64,000 nucleotides of DNA from Methanobacteriota archaeon (GCA_020697715.1 JAEHCO010000001.1:288001-352000), one strand, 5' to 3'. Counted from the stretch's first letter, positions 27,812-38,736 are shown. Made by a program: numbers and translations. Notes: generated from the letters alone by a model not told the origin.

Positions 27812-28366
27812 TCATTTCAAAAGCGGAGCCACATCCTTGAATTCCTGAGTTCCGGCTTTTTCCATTATTTCGAACATGAACATCTCCGTGCTGGATATCG
27901 TCGCACCCAATGTTCTCATGCGATCCAAACCCACTTTCTTATTCTCAGGTATTCTGGAAGAAACCCCATCACTGATGATGTGGACTTCGTATCCTCTGGC
28001 CAATAAGTCTCTCGTGGTCTGGAACACACACACATGGCATTCGATGCCCGTGATGGCGATGGTCGTCGCACCCAGCTCTAATAATCTATCTTCTATTCCA
28101 TCTTCCCCACAGCAGCTGAAGGTGGTCTTTTCATGAGGCTGGTATTCGCCCAGAGCTTGCTTAATATCTTCCAATGTCTCCCCCAAGCCTCTTGGGTATT
28201 GCTCTGAAAGCACAATGGGTATTCCGATGATCTTTGAGAATTCTATTAATTTGATGACATTCTTTTTTAGTTCTTCTTTGTCCTGGATATTTGGAAATAG
28301 CTTGTCCTGAATATCGATGATCACCAATGCGAGCTTCTCTCTGTCAATACCAGTCTTTTTAGCCAT
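27812..28366 (-). CDS. Isochorismatase-family cysteine hydrolase
   Basis: IIDIQ, SEQYPRGLG, KTTFSC, GIECHVCVFQT. Confidence 0.92.
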   Translation of the reverse strand: MAKKTGIDREKLALVIIDIQDKLFPNIQDKEELKKNVIKLIEFSKIIGIPIVLSEQYPRGLGETLEDIKQALGEYQPHEKTTFSCCGEDGIEDRLLELGATTIAITGIECHVCVFQTTRDLLARGYEVHIISDGVSSRIPENKKVGLDRMRTLGATISSTEMFMFEIMEKAGTQEFKDVAPLLK

Positions 28367-28481
28367 TATACCACATTTCCTGAGATATGATTTACTCCAT
28401 CTTCGAGATAAGGTAAATCACATTCAGATTAATAAAACATTATCATGCAATGGATCCGATCTGTTATTGAACATACATCGA

Positions 28482-29450
28482 TCACAATATCGCATTGAAC
28501 AGCAGTGTCATGACATTGCCAATGATGAAGCTGAATATGAATCCGATGAACATTGGAACGATAAATGGTAATTTGGGGGTGACCCAGACATCGGATATCC
28601 CAAATTCCTTCAATTTCACCAGCTCTTCTTTGGTATCTGCTTTGCGCTTTCCGAAAAGGTACATGACGATCTCTTCATCTCTGACAACTTCCATAAGCCA
28701 GACGAATTTCTTCGGAACATCAATGATATTCATTTTATAACCAAAGAACAAGGCCGGAAATAGATGGTCTTTTCTTTTCATGTTCAGCATAAACATGAAC
28801 AGGACAAAGCCAATAACAGATATTATGGCGGCATTCATCAATACCAGAAAAGCGAAGGGGAACATCATGGGCATGATCTCCACCATGTTCTCGGGATATT
28901 GGATCATGGGAATCACATCGCCAATGGTTGGAAGGAAAGGCACAAGGATCGCGATGGACATGAAGGCCTTCGCATCAGCACCTCCATGGATCAAGCCAGT
29001 GTAGAAGAATATGTATCCAATTATTATCATCATCGGGATGGACAATAATTGAATCGTCGGTATATCCAAACCATTCTTATTGACGACCACGAGAGCGGAT
29101 ACGATCACGATGATGAAAGCCGCCAGGGCGGTGAAGTTCACACCCTTATCACCGACCAATGGCTCCCTGTCCCAGAACACGTCATAGAACATTATCACCG
29201 TCGGAACCAATGCAAGAAGATGAATGGACGAGTACCTATCGGTGTTGATATCCACACCCCCTATAAGATCCACCAGTACCTCGGCGAAAAGAATGATGAT
29301 GGCGGCTGTACCCATTATTATCCAATATTTATTGTCCACGGTCCTTGTTCTCAGATCACTTATGGAAGCCAGACCCAGGATGGTCATGCCCACTATCATC
29401 CTGGCAATGGAGAATAGATCGCTCATCTTGTTTTGGATTGTCTCGCCCAT
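28482..29450 (-). CDS. Prepilin/preflagellin peptidase (A24, FlaK/PibD type)
   Basis: ASISDLRTR and GGADAK catalytic Asp motifs; C-terminal VWVTPKLPFIVP. Confidence 0.9.
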   Translation of the reverse strand: MGETIQNKMSDLFSIARMIVGMTILGLASISDLRTRTVDNKYWIIMGTAAIIILFAEVLVDLIGGVDINTDRYSSIHLLALVPTVIMFYDVFWDREPLVGDKGVNFTALAAFIIVIVSALVVVNKNGLDIPTIQLLSIPMMIIIGYIFFYTGLIHGGADAKAFMSIAILVPFLPTIGDVIPMIQYPENMVEIMPMMFPFAFLVLMNAAIISVIGFVLFMFMLNMKRKDHLFPALFFGYKMNIIDVPKKFVWLMEVVRDEEIVMYLFGKRKADTKEELVKLKEFGISDVWVTPKLPFIVPMFIGFIFSFIIGNVMTLLFNAIL

Positions 29451-29512
29451 ATATATAAATGTCGAATTGCCAAACCATTTATATAACAGCGGAGTAATAT
29501 CAAAATAGTAAT

Positions 29513-32458
29513 ATGAAAATCATAGAGAACAAGGGGCTGGAAATGAAGATCATGACCATATCCATGGCCATGATATTATTGTTATCTGGTCTTCTTCAGA
29601 TCTTGCCAATTGCGGGGGCGGGGGACATTCCATATGAAATAAGTGACGACGATATGGGGCACACTCTCCAAGATATCGATCAGACACAGGAGATCGAGAA
29701 CATCCTCAACAATATAACAGAGGAATTGATGCAGAGTCGCATACAGGAATTGCAGGATTTCGATACACGTTATTCCTATGCTCTGGAAAATAATTATGCT
29801 GCTGGAGAATACATTTATGAATCCTTTTTGTCAAACGGCCTGGTAACAGAATATGATCCGTTCGTTTATAATGGACATCCGGCAAGAAATGTGATCGCGG
29901 AGCTTCCTGGAAAAACAGCTTCAGATCAGATATTCATCATCTGTGGCCATTATGATTCCACTTCAGGCATACCTTATAAGCTGGCTCCTGGCGCGGATGA
30001 TAATGGGAGCGGAACTGCTGGAGTGATGGTCGCTGCCGAGGTCTTGTCTGACTATGAATTCAATCACACAATAAGGTTCATAGCTTTTTCTATGGAGGAG
30101 CAATGGATGGTAGGCAGCCAGGGTTATGTGAATGATATGATATTGGCTGGAGATAATATCAGCGGTGTTATCAATCTCGATATGATAGCTTACAATCCAG
30201 ATGCTGGAACTAATTTTGTAAATATCTGCCCAGATTTTGATGATGCTGGTGTTTCCACAGACCTAGTGAATTTCGCAAACCAGACTGCTCAAAAATACGA
30301 GCATATTTCCAATATACGGACATTTGATGAGCCTTATGGGAACAGTGATCACGCCTCTTTCTCTCCATCTTTTCCTGCCTTCATGTTCATCGAGAAAGAG
30401 TGGCAATCTAATCCGAACTATCACCTACCCACAGATACATTGGCAGCATTGAACATGACCTATTGTGCCAATGTCACCCAGGTGGCTGTCGCCATCATGG
30501 CTGAACTTGCAGAGATGCGAAGTTCAGATAATTCATCCCCCGTCATGCACGATATATTCCCGGATGATGAAGGTTGGGGCAGTGAGAATACTACGATCTC
30601 ACTGGAAATTGTGGATCCATCTTTGATAGATCCAACCAGTGTCAAGCTCTTCGTGAATGGCACAGGGGTATCTCCATTATTGACGCCCATTCCATTGGGA
30701 TACAATGTCTCTTTCATTAATCCAGTTGACTTTCAGGATCTGGATATCATCACAGTCAATATAATTGCTAATGACACGGCCGGTAATGTATTGAATAGCA
30801 ATTGGACCTTCACTATTGATGGGGTGTACCCATCGATTCCAGCAGATATCAATATAGATTTTGTAAGGATAGAAATGGACAAACAAGGCCTGGTTCTGGA
30901 TAGAGGAACTGCAGGAGAATATGATGACACGCATGTTGTCAGTCCAAGTGTGATCTTCCATGATAATGAGTACAAGATGTGGTATGCTGGCTATGATGGG
31001 GCAAGATATAGGATATTGTATGCGAATTCCACGGATGCTGTGAATTGGAACAAGCATGGTCTTGTTCTATCTACAGGAGCAATTGGCAGTTCGGATTATT
31101 ATCATGTCTTAGACCCCTCGGTGATCTTCCATGATAATGAGTACAAGATGTGGTACTCGGGATTGGGCGATACTTGGACCATATTGTATGCGAATTCCAC
31201 AGATGGCATTAACTGGGTCAAGCAAGGGATATCCATAGACCTTGGATCTATTGGTGATAATGACGAAATATCGGTCGTAAGATCATCCGTGATGTATGAT
31301 GGGGAATACAAGATGTGGTACTCGGGATTGGGCGATACTTGGACCATATTGTATGCGAATTCCACGGATGGGATCAATTGGGATAAGCTTGGCAGTCCAG
31401 TCTTGAGCAATAATATAGCTGGTGATATGGACACCTTCCATACCCTTTATCCGACAGTGGCGAAGATGCCGGATGGCTACGGGATGTGGTATGCTGGGTG
31501 TTCGGAGGATGTCGTATACAGGACCTTGTATGCTAATTCCACCAATGGTATAAACTGGACAAGGCAGGGATTGGCTATCGATGTAGGATCTGGTATGGGT
31601 CCTGATGTGGAGCAGGTCAGCCGGCCAGCTGTTCTGATAAAAGATGGGGTCATTCATATTTGGTACTCCGGAAAGAGCAATGAGAATATTTGGAGAATAC
31701 TCTATTCCAAGCTCACAGGGGCAGAGGAAAAGACAGATCTATCGATCAACTGGCCAGCATCCACTTCGGATGATGTTCAATATTATGACCTGATAAGAGC
31801 AAATGACCCCAAAGATCTGCAAACTGCAGGCAGTTATATCCATCTCTCTTCCAATGCCTATGTGGACACAGGGGTTGGAGAGGGAAATTCATCAAATTAT
31901 TATTACACATTGAAGGTGGTGGACAAGGTCGGGCATGTGAGCCAACATACCATCGTGGTCGGGAAGATAGGGGTTGAAACACAATATGGATGGAATCTTT
32001 TATCATCTCCATTTTTCGAAGGAGAGATCCCTGTAGATGAGGCCATTGGATCAGTCCAATGGTTCATTCTTCAATACTATAATGCAACAGGCAGTGATGA
32101 TCAATGGAGATCCAACTATTTCTTTCCGGTGCCAGAGGCTTTGAAGGATCTTAAGACTGTGAATAATTCGATGGCGATATGGGCATATACCAAAAATGGC
32201 TTCTTCGTAACAGCCGGTAGAGTGTCGAATATCACGATGGAACTGCATGCGGGGTGGAATTTCGTGTCTTATCCATTCCATGGAGAGAAACAGGTGCAGG
32301 ATGCCCTTATCGGCGTGCCTTATGATAAGGTCGAGGGATTCAATCCATCATCTGCTTATAATCTGGAAGTATTGACAGATACGAGTATCATGGTTCCAGG
32401 CCAGGGATATTGGGTACATTGTACATCGGCTTCGACCTGGCAGGCCATAAATACTTGA
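29513..32458 (+). CDS. Secreted M28 aminopeptidase with Ig/FN3, beta-propeller repeats and C-terminal GWNL repeat domain
   Basis: Signal peptide; CGHYDS, GADDNGSG, FSMEE, NLDM, SDH, YH; repeated PSV...YKMWY.G...ILYANSTDG.NW.K.G units. Confidence 0.9.
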   Translation: MKIIENKGLEMKIMTISMAMILLLSGLLQILPIAGAGDIPYEISDDDMGHTLQDIDQTQEIENILNNITEELMQSRIQELQDFDTRYSYALENNYAAGEYIYESFLSNGLVTEYDPFVYNGHPARNVIAELPGKTASDQIFIICGHYDSTSGIPYKLAPGADDNGSGTAGVMVAAEVLSDYEFNHTIRFIAFSMEEQWMVGSQGYVNDMILAGDNISGVINLDMIAYNPDAGTNFVNICPDFDDAGVSTDLVNFANQTAQKYEHISNIRTFDEPYGNSDHASFSPSFPAFMFIEKEWQSNPNYHLPTDTLAALNMTYCANVTQVAVAIMAELAEMRSSDNSSPVMHDIFPDDEGWGSENTTISLEIVDPSLIDPTSVKLFVNGTGVSPLLTPIPLGYNVSFINPVDFQDLDIITVNIIANDTAGNVLNSNWTFTIDGVYPSIPADINIDFVRIEMDKQGLVLDRGTAGEYDDTHVVSPSVIFHDNEYKMWYAGYDGARYRILYANSTDAVNWNKHGLVLSTGAIGSSDYYHVLDPSVIFHDNEYKMWYSGLGDTWTILYANSTDGINWVKQGISIDLGSIGDNDEISVVRSSVMYDGEYKMWYSGLGDTWTILYANSTDGINWDKLGSPVLSNNIAGDMDTFHTLYPTVAKMPDGYGMWYAGCSEDVVYRTLYANSTNGINWTRQGLAIDVGSGMGPDVEQVSRPAVLIKDGVIHIWYSGKSNENIWRILYSKLTGAEEKTDLSINWPASTSDDVQYYDLIRANDPKDLQTAGSYIHLSSNAYVDTGVGEGNSSNYYYTLKVVDKVGHVSQHTIVVGKIGVETQYGWNLLSSPFFEGEIPVDEAIGSVQWFILQYYNATGSDDQWRSNYFFPVPEALKDLKTVNNSMAIWAYTKNGFFVTAGRVSNITMELHAGWNFVSYPFHGEKQVQDALIGVPYDKVEGFNPSSAYNLEVLTDTSIMVPGQGYWVHCTSASTWQAINT
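30950..31365 (+). repeat. Exact nucleotide repeats between propeller blades
   Basis: 35-nt identity 30950-30984 = 31121-31155; 59-nt identity 31142-31200 = 31307-31365. Confidence 0.85.
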
Positions 32459-32525
32459 TGAATGATGTTCATATATCGAGCCAGCAATCGTTAAATCACA
32501 TCATGACTTACTATCCCATGAGTGA

Positions 32526-33599
32526 GTGAATATGGTGAATATAAGAAATGATGCTGAAGGGATCTTCAAGCAAATGTTATTGGCAGAGTCCGAACCTGAC
32601 ATGCCCAAGGACAAGATATTGAATGTAGTTCTGCCCATACTGGAGGATCTTGGAATGAGGGTGACGATCCATGATAATGATGGGAATCCAGCTATCTACG
32701 CAACTACTGCGGATCCCCGAGCACTGCTCAGCGGCCATCTGGATACTGTGAAAATGGGAAGTGGATGGAACTATTCCCAGACAGAGGAAGTGGATGAAAA
32801 GATCTACGGAAGAGGGGCACTGGACATGAAAGGGCCATGTGTGTCTATGTTGATAGCGGCGGAGCAATTGATATCCGAAGGAATAGGAGTGGCTTTGGCT
32901 TTCACAACGGATGAAGAAGTGGGAATGGCCGGAGCCAAGGTCATGGCAGCCCAGCATCCGGAAATATCAGATATTCCCCTTATCATCATCTGCGAGCCTA
33001 CTGATCTCAAACTAATGGTGGAGGAGAAGGGGCTTGTGCAATTCAAAATAATCGCGCATGGGATTAATGCCCATGGAAGCATGCCGGAAGAAGGGCGCAA
33101 TGCGATCACCGATCTCACATACGCGGTGAATGAACTTATGAGCTCTGGCATATTTGGCAAGACTGGTAAAGACCCAGTAACTGCAAATCTTGGCATATTC
33201 CAAGGTGGGACCCTGATAAACATGATACCGGATAGAGCGGAGGCCGAGTTCGATGTGCGGTATAGTCCCGATAACACTGGGCAGGGTGTACTGGATGATG
33301 TGAAGAAGGCCCTTGACAGTACTGGTATTGACTATGAAATTGAGGTCACAAGAGAGATAAGAGCTGCCAGATCCGAGCTGGAACCAAAATATCTGGAGCC
33401 TCTGGAAGAGATGTTCGGGTCAGGAGAGTCCGTGCCTTATGCGACGGAGATGGCGGTCTTCTGCGAGCTTAATCCCCGTGTCTTCATAATGGGAGCGGGA
33501 GAAACCACCAGGGCACACAAGCCTGATGAGTTCATGACCATGGACGAGATAATAGAAGGAGCGGAAGCTATTATCAAATGTGCCAGGCTTGCTAAATGA
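32526..33599 (+). CDS. M20 metallopeptidase / deacylase (ArgE/DapE family)
   Basis: SGHLDTV, GRGALDMKG, TTDEE, ICEP, AHGS.PEEG.NA, AHKPDE. Confidence 0.92.
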   Translation: MNMVNIRNDAEGIFKQMLLAESEPDMPKDKILNVVLPILEDLGMRVTIHDNDGNPAIYATTADPRALLSGHLDTVKMGSGWNYSQTEEVDEKIYGRGALDMKGPCVSMLIAAEQLISEGIGVALAFTTDEEVGMAGAKVMAAQHPEISDIPLIIICEPTDLKLMVEEKGLVQFKIIAHGINAHGSMPEEGRNAITDLTYAVNELMSSGIFGKTGKDPVTANLGIFQGGTLINMIPDRAEAEFDVRYSPDNTGQGVLDDVKKALDSTGIDYEIEVTREIRAARSELEPKYLEPLEEMFGSGESVPYATEMAVFCELNPRVFIMGAGETTRAHKPDEFMTMDEIIEGAEAIIKCARLAK

Positions 33600-33654
33600 G
33601 GATATATCGATTAAGAATGGAGCAATAAATAAGATTGGCTCCCTTCAATCATCA

Positions 33655-34293
33655 TTAATCATTTACCAATCCACATCCAGAGCTTAGGAGGCTCTGCTTT
33701 ACCTCGTCCGCCCTCTCATAATCCACCACGAGCATTATGCGATCATATTTTTTGGATAGCTCATTCACTTCCCTGGTGATCTTGCTCACCCTGCTGCTCT
33801 CAATACTTCGCATGGCTTTTGAATCATTGATGAACTGATCCCATTCAATGACGAACTCTTCAGCTGTCTTGCTTTTGAACTTCTTTCGAGCCAGAGATCT
33901 CTGTTTGGAAGGTTGCTTCAGCCATTCCACGCCAGTGACATGATGGCAATAGATATCGGTGAACTCTTCATCATCCAGGTCCACGGCCATCGTGGGTATG
34001 TCCTTCTCCAAACCCAACTCCCAGGCCTTGACAAAGCAAGGTGGAGGTTTGCTCACATCTCCAAATTTCTTCAGAGCTTGAACATAATATTCCTCCTCCA
34101 CATTGTCAGAGCCAGCATCATCCTCATTATCGGATCTAAGATATTCCGCCATCGCCTGTAATCCTTCCTTAGAGACAGATAATGCGATGACCTCGGGGTC
34201 GAACCTGGAAAAATGCTCCTGAACTTTTTCGGACTCGGATACAAGTCCCTTCACGGCTCCAATGACCAGTGTCTTTCCTTTTTCCTTCTTCAT
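33655..34293 (-). CDS. Conserved hypothetical protein (possibly TraB-like fold)
   Basis: 212-aa ORF 4 nt downstream of the HTH regulator; VIGAVKGLVSE...FDPEVIALS resembles the TraB N-terminus. Confidence 0.65.
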   Translation of the reverse strand: MKKEKGKTLVIGAVKGLVSESEKVQEHFSRFDPEVIALSVSKEGLQAMAEYLRSDNEDDAGSDNVEEEYYVQALKKFGDVSKPPPCFVKAWELGLEKDIPTMAVDLDDEEFTDIYCHHVTGVEWLKQPSKQRSLARKKFKSKTAEEFVIEWDQFINDSKAMRSIESSRVSKITREVNELSKKYDRIMLVVDYERADEVKQSLLSSGCGLVND

Positions 34294-34297
34294 CTGT

Positions 34298-35248
34298 TCA
34301 TCCCCTCTCGCTTATGAGCTCCAAGATCTTTTTCTTGTCATATATCTTCTCAAGCTCCATATTGGATATCAATGGCGTGCCCTCCAGATTGGTCTTCATC
34401 CCTCTGTTCTCGACAAAGAAGACCGCGTGCCTCTCCAATAATTTCGATATATTGGCCATGGCCATCGCCCTTCTCTTGATATTTCGATCTATTCTTCCAA
34501 CACCAGTGAATAAAAGGTTTTCCCTATCTGAAGTGAGAGCGTCGAAGGGGCATCTGTTCGTGGGCTCGACCAGGTAACCCATATCATTCAATTGCTCAAA
34601 GATATTGGTCACCATCTCATCGCCATCAACACCCTCGCATAATTCCAAATTATCATTTTTCATCTGAATGGTCAAAGGATCGATGGGAACTATTAGATCG
34701 ATGCCGAATGTATTCTCCAATCTTATGGCCGCGGTCAATTTCGCGCCCATTCCCTCCTCATACATCTGTATCGTCCTTCTGGAGACACCGGCTGTCTCTG
34801 CTAATTCACCGAGGGATATACCCTGCTGTCTTAATTTCCCCATTCCCTCGGTGTCCAGCTTTACATAAAAGCCTCCGGGAGCGGAATAAACGAGAGGTGG
34901 AACCTCCTCAATAAAAAGGTCATGTAGTGAGTTCACCGACATCAGGGAAATACCATATCTGGAATAGACCACCCCATCCTCTATACTTCCAGATGTTTTG
35001 CCTATTCCGATCATCAAAGGAACACCCTCTACGGCTCGAGCCAGTGCGACCATCCCATTCAGAGAGGTTGCTTTCACGGACTCCCTGCTGGAGATGGCTT
35101 TGATGACCAATATGAGGCCACCTCTTCTCGCGACTATGTCGAATCCAGAATGTATTAGGAAAGAAGGATCCGAAGTGGAGAAACCGGCTTTCTCCAGTAT
35201 GTTGATGGTCATCTTTACAAGATCGTCCCTTTTCATTGAGATTTCCAT
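34298..35248 (-). CDS. Archaeal putative HTH transcriptional regulator (COG1395-like)
   Basis: FDIVARR, EDGVVYSRYGI, PPLVYSAPGGFYVKLD, HTH ISLGELAETAGVSRRTIQMYEEG, PFDA. Confidence 0.85.
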   Translation of the reverse strand: MEISMKRDDLVKMTINILEKAGFSTSDPSFLIHSGFDIVARRGGLILVIKAISSRESVKATSLNGMVALARAVEGVPLMIGIGKTSGSIEDGVVYSRYGISLMSVNSLHDLFIEEVPPLVYSAPGGFYVKLDTEGMGKLRQQGISLGELAETAGVSRRTIQMYEEGMGAKLTAAIRLENTFGIDLIVPIDPLTIQMKNDNLELCEGVDGDEMVTNIFEQLNDMGYLVEPTNRCPFDALTSDRENLLFTGVGRIDRNIKRRAMAMANISKLLERHAVFFVENRGMKTNLEGTPLISNMELEKIYDKKKILELISERG

Positions 35249-35411
35249 AGTCTCTTCCCCTTATAAATTTTCTTCTACTGTATCGATATCAAAATCACTA
35301 TTTTATCCATTTATGCAGGTTTCAGGTGAAATAGCAAAACTAGCTGACATGGTGTACAAGTAGGTGTTTTGCGCCATATCTATTTATATAATTTACAAGT
35401 ATTTGAATAAT

Positions 35412-38400
35412 ATGTCGCATTCTAAAGGATTCAGGAAATCATTTGTAATTTGTATAACATTTATTTTCATGGCCATGCCATTCTTCACTCTTATATCTCC
35501 CACGAATGCCGAGAGCCTGACAAATGATATTTCTCCTATATTGCTGACCGATATCACTGATGATGAACTATCAAGCTTCAATATGGCCAGTGAGATAGAG
35601 AATATACTGTATCAGGTGGATGAGGAATTGATGGGGGGCCATATTGAGGCATTACAGAATTTTGGCACCAGGTATTGCTACGCCGTGGATGAATGCTATG
35701 AAGCGGCCGATTATATTTATTCAGTCTTCGAAAGAAATGGCCTCCAGGTTAGCTTCGATGATTTCATAGCTGGTGGACATCCAATGCGAAATGTAGTTGC
35801 TGAGCTTCCTGGCAAGACCACATCAGATAAGGTCTTCATAATCTGTGCCCATTATGATTCTATCACCAGCAACCCATACGAATTCGCTCCCGGTGCTGAT
35901 GATAATGGGAGCGGGACAGCGGCGGTAATGGCCGCGGCTGAGCTTCTTTCAGATTATGAGTTCAATTACACCATACGCTTCATCGCTTTCTCGGGAGAGG
36001 AAGAGGGGCTCTATGGAAGTTATCACTATAATGACATGATGCTTCAGAACGGAGAGAATATCTGTGGCGTAGTGAATCTGGATATGATCGCCTACAATCC
36101 AGATCCTGGATCGCTCTTCGTGGATATGGACACAGCTGGCTCCAATGAGATTTCTGAACCTCTGGCTGATTTCACAGAAAGCATTGCGGAGAAATATGAG
36201 CATATATCTAAACTGGATATATGGAAGACCCGAGGGGTTGACAGTAGTGATCATGCAGCTTTCTGGGATGATTTTCCGGCCTTCATGTTCATTGAAAGGA
36301 TATTCAATACTCCCAATTATCACCAAGCCTCGGATACCATAGACAAATTGAACCTCACTTATTGCTCGAATGTGACTCAGATCGCCATAGCGACATTGGC
36401 AGAACTGGCAGAATTGGATGCCACCGATTCTTCTCCTCCAGATCATTTTGATGAATATCCAGTAGATGGAGGCTATGGTCCCGGAGATGCAGAGATATCC
36501 ATTGATATCATTGATTCATCACAGATCAATTCTTCCAGCATCGAACTTCATGTACTGGGCTCGCCAGTAATCCCCACTTTGACACCCACCCCAACTGGCT
36601 TTACTGTTTCTTATTTACATGTCCCAGGCTATGCTGATGAAGATATCGTGGAATGCAATATCACGGCTGCCGACATACATGGCAATACGATGTATTTCAA
36701 TTGGTCCTTCACTATCGATGCCATACCACCAGCTCCTCCAACGAACTTCAATATAGAGATTGACAGGATCGAGATGGAAAAATATGCCTGTGTCCTTGCC
36801 AGAGGGCCCTCGGAATATGATGGCAATGGCACATCATCACCATCAATAATCTTCCATGACAATGAGTACAAGATGTGGTATGCTGGCCGAGATACAGGAT
36901 TACAGATCCTATATGCGAACTCCACGAATGGTATTTCGTGGAACAAGCATGGGATAGTATTGCCCCATGGTGGTGTAGGCACTCTGGATTATGCTGGAAC
37001 TAGCTCACCATCTGTTCTTTACGAGGATGGGGAATACAAAATATGGTACACTGGAGATAATGGCACCACATCGAGAATTCTTTATGCAAATTCTACAGAC
37101 GGCATCAGCTGGATCAAACAAGGCATTGCTTTGGACCTTGGCACTATTGGCGAATATGATGATGCTCAATTGCTATCACCATCCGTCCTCTACGAGGGTG
37201 GTGAATACAAAATATGGTATACTGGCATCCATGATTCTATTCATCGCATATTGTATGCGAATTCTGCAGATGGCATGAGTTGGAACAAATACGGTATGGT
37301 ACTGGAGGCCTCACAATATGGTGAGTTCGATACACATGAGGTGAAAAATTCCTGTGTGGTCATGACCCAGGATGGATATGAGATGTATTACTCTGGTTCT
37401 AAATACGACACCTTCAGGATCCTACTTGCGAACTCCACGGATGGCATCAATTGGAACAAACTTGGCATGGTTTTGGACACTGGTGATCACGCGGAATACG
37501 ATAGTATTCAAGCCAGTGATTGCACCGTGCTTTATCATGATGACGAGCTCAAAATATGGTATTCGGGATATGATGGTGGATTTTGGGCCATCCTATATTC
37601 CTATCTTTCTGATAATGAGCAGGATACAGATATCTCATTGAGCTGGTCCTCCTCCCCGTCAGAGGATATAGCTTATTATGAACTGGCCAGATCTCATAGT
37701 CCCCACTCCTTTGGATGCGGAAGCAGCGTGATCCTGAACGGTACTCTAGCAGGCCCATTATCATTGGGCCAGAGATTTTTTGATCTGGGGTGCACGAACA
37801 TACGATTCTGTGAGCTTTGGGTGGATGACGATGAGTTCGGCGAGTCTCCTTGGGATTGGTGGAGCCTTGATGAGGTCGGAACTGGTGGCTGGGATGATTA
37901 TTATATAGATTATAAGACTGGAATTGTTACCTTGAATCCAGTCAACTGGCCGACAGGATGGTGGGACAATCCATCATATATTCATGGGTGGATATATTGC
38001 ACTGGCGATCCGGTATCAAGAACCACCAGCACATCTATGGTCGACAATGGGATCGGAGATGAGGATACAAATGATTATTATTATACCTTGAAGGCTGTTG
38101 ATAAAGCTGGCAATACTGTCGAATGTGCATACAAAGTGGGCAAAGTGGGCACAGAAACATCCACTGGTTGGAATCTAATCTCATCTCCTTTTATTGAAGG
38201 CAATGTCCCGATAAAGGATGCCCTCGGATCTTTGGAGTGGACCGAGGTATTCTCCTATAACTCATCCGACCATGCGGACCACTGGAGGATGAACTCCACT
38301 TCCATGCCCGATGTACTGGATGACCTGGATACCATAACGGATGGTGCAGCATATTGGATCAATGTTCCACCTGCCGAGGTCTATGTTTCAACAGGAATTG

Positions 38401-38636
38401 TGTCCAATACCAGCATTCGATTGGATTCGGGCTGGAACTTGATATCATATCCATATCATGAGGGGAAACAGGTGGCGGATGCACTGGCTGGCCTCCCATA
38501 TGAAAGGGTGGAAGGCTTTGATCCCATTGCTCCTTACAAGATCGCCACCATGCTGGACACGGACATCATGGTGCCAGGATTTGGATATTGGATATATACG
38601 AGCTCCGCAGCCACGTGGAATATCGTGAACACTTGA
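35412..38636 (+). CDS. Second secreted M28 aminopeptidase with propeller repeats (paralog of 29513-32458)
   Basis: CAHYDS, GADDNGSG, FSGEE, NLDM, SDH, NYH; five propeller units; same C-terminal GWNL domain. Start at MSHSKG before the signal peptide. Confidence 0.9.
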   Translation: MSHSKGFRKSFVICITFIFMAMPFFTLISPTNAESLTNDISPILLTDITDDELSSFNMASEIENILYQVDEELMGGHIEALQNFGTRYCYAVDECYEAADYIYSVFERNGLQVSFDDFIAGGHPMRNVVAELPGKTTSDKVFIICAHYDSITSNPYEFAPGADDNGSGTAAVMAAAELLSDYEFNYTIRFIAFSGEEEGLYGSYHYNDMMLQNGENICGVVNLDMIAYNPDPGSLFVDMDTAGSNEISEPLADFTESIAEKYEHISKLDIWKTRGVDSSDHAAFWDDFPAFMFIERIFNTPNYHQASDTIDKLNLTYCSNVTQIAIATLAELAELDATDSSPPDHFDEYPVDGGYGPGDAEISIDIIDSSQINSSSIELHVLGSPVIPTLTPTPTGFTVSYLHVPGYADEDIVECNITAADIHGNTMYFNWSFTIDAIPPAPPTNFNIEIDRIEMEKYACVLARGPSEYDGNGTSSPSIIFHDNEYKMWYAGRDTGLQILYANSTNGISWNKHGIVLPHGGVGTLDYAGTSSPSVLYEDGEYKIWYTGDNGTTSRILYANSTDGISWIKQGIALDLGTIGEYDDAQLLSPSVLYEGGEYKIWYTGIHDSIHRILYANSADGMSWNKYGMVLEASQYGEFDTHEVKNSCVVMTQDGYEMYYSGSKYDTFRILLANSTDGINWNKLGMVLDTGDHAEYDSIQASDCTVLYHDDELKIWYSGYDGGFWAILYSYLSDNEQDTDISLSWSSSPSEDIAYYELARSHSPHSFGCGSSVILNGTLAGPLSLGQRFFDLGCTNIRFCELWVDDDEFGESPWDWWSLDEVGTGGWDDYYIDYKTGIVTLNPVNWPTGWWDNPSYIHGWIYCTGDPVSRTTSTSMVDNGIGDEDTNDYYYTLKAVDKAGNTVECAYKVGKVGTETSTGWNLISSPFIEGNVPIKDALGSLEWTEVFSYNSSDHADHWRMNSTSMPDVLDDLDTITDGAAYWINVPPAEVYVSTGIVSNTSIRLDSGWNLISYPYHEGKQVADALAGLPYERVEGFDPIAPYKIATMLDTDIMVPGFGYWIYTSSAATWNIVNT

Positions 38637-38736
38637 GCTTCGCTTGCCAGAATGGAAACTATCAGATTCTGAAATTATAGTGAGTCTGATAATTTCCACC
38701 CCAAACATTTATTACGAATTGATATTTCCTTTGCTC

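Noticed and set aside
30950-31365. Possible CRISPR array or DGR template/variable repeat pair
   Set aside because: Repeats are in-frame coding propeller blades without unique spacers or adenine-specific mismatches; no cas or reverse transcriptase gene in the window.
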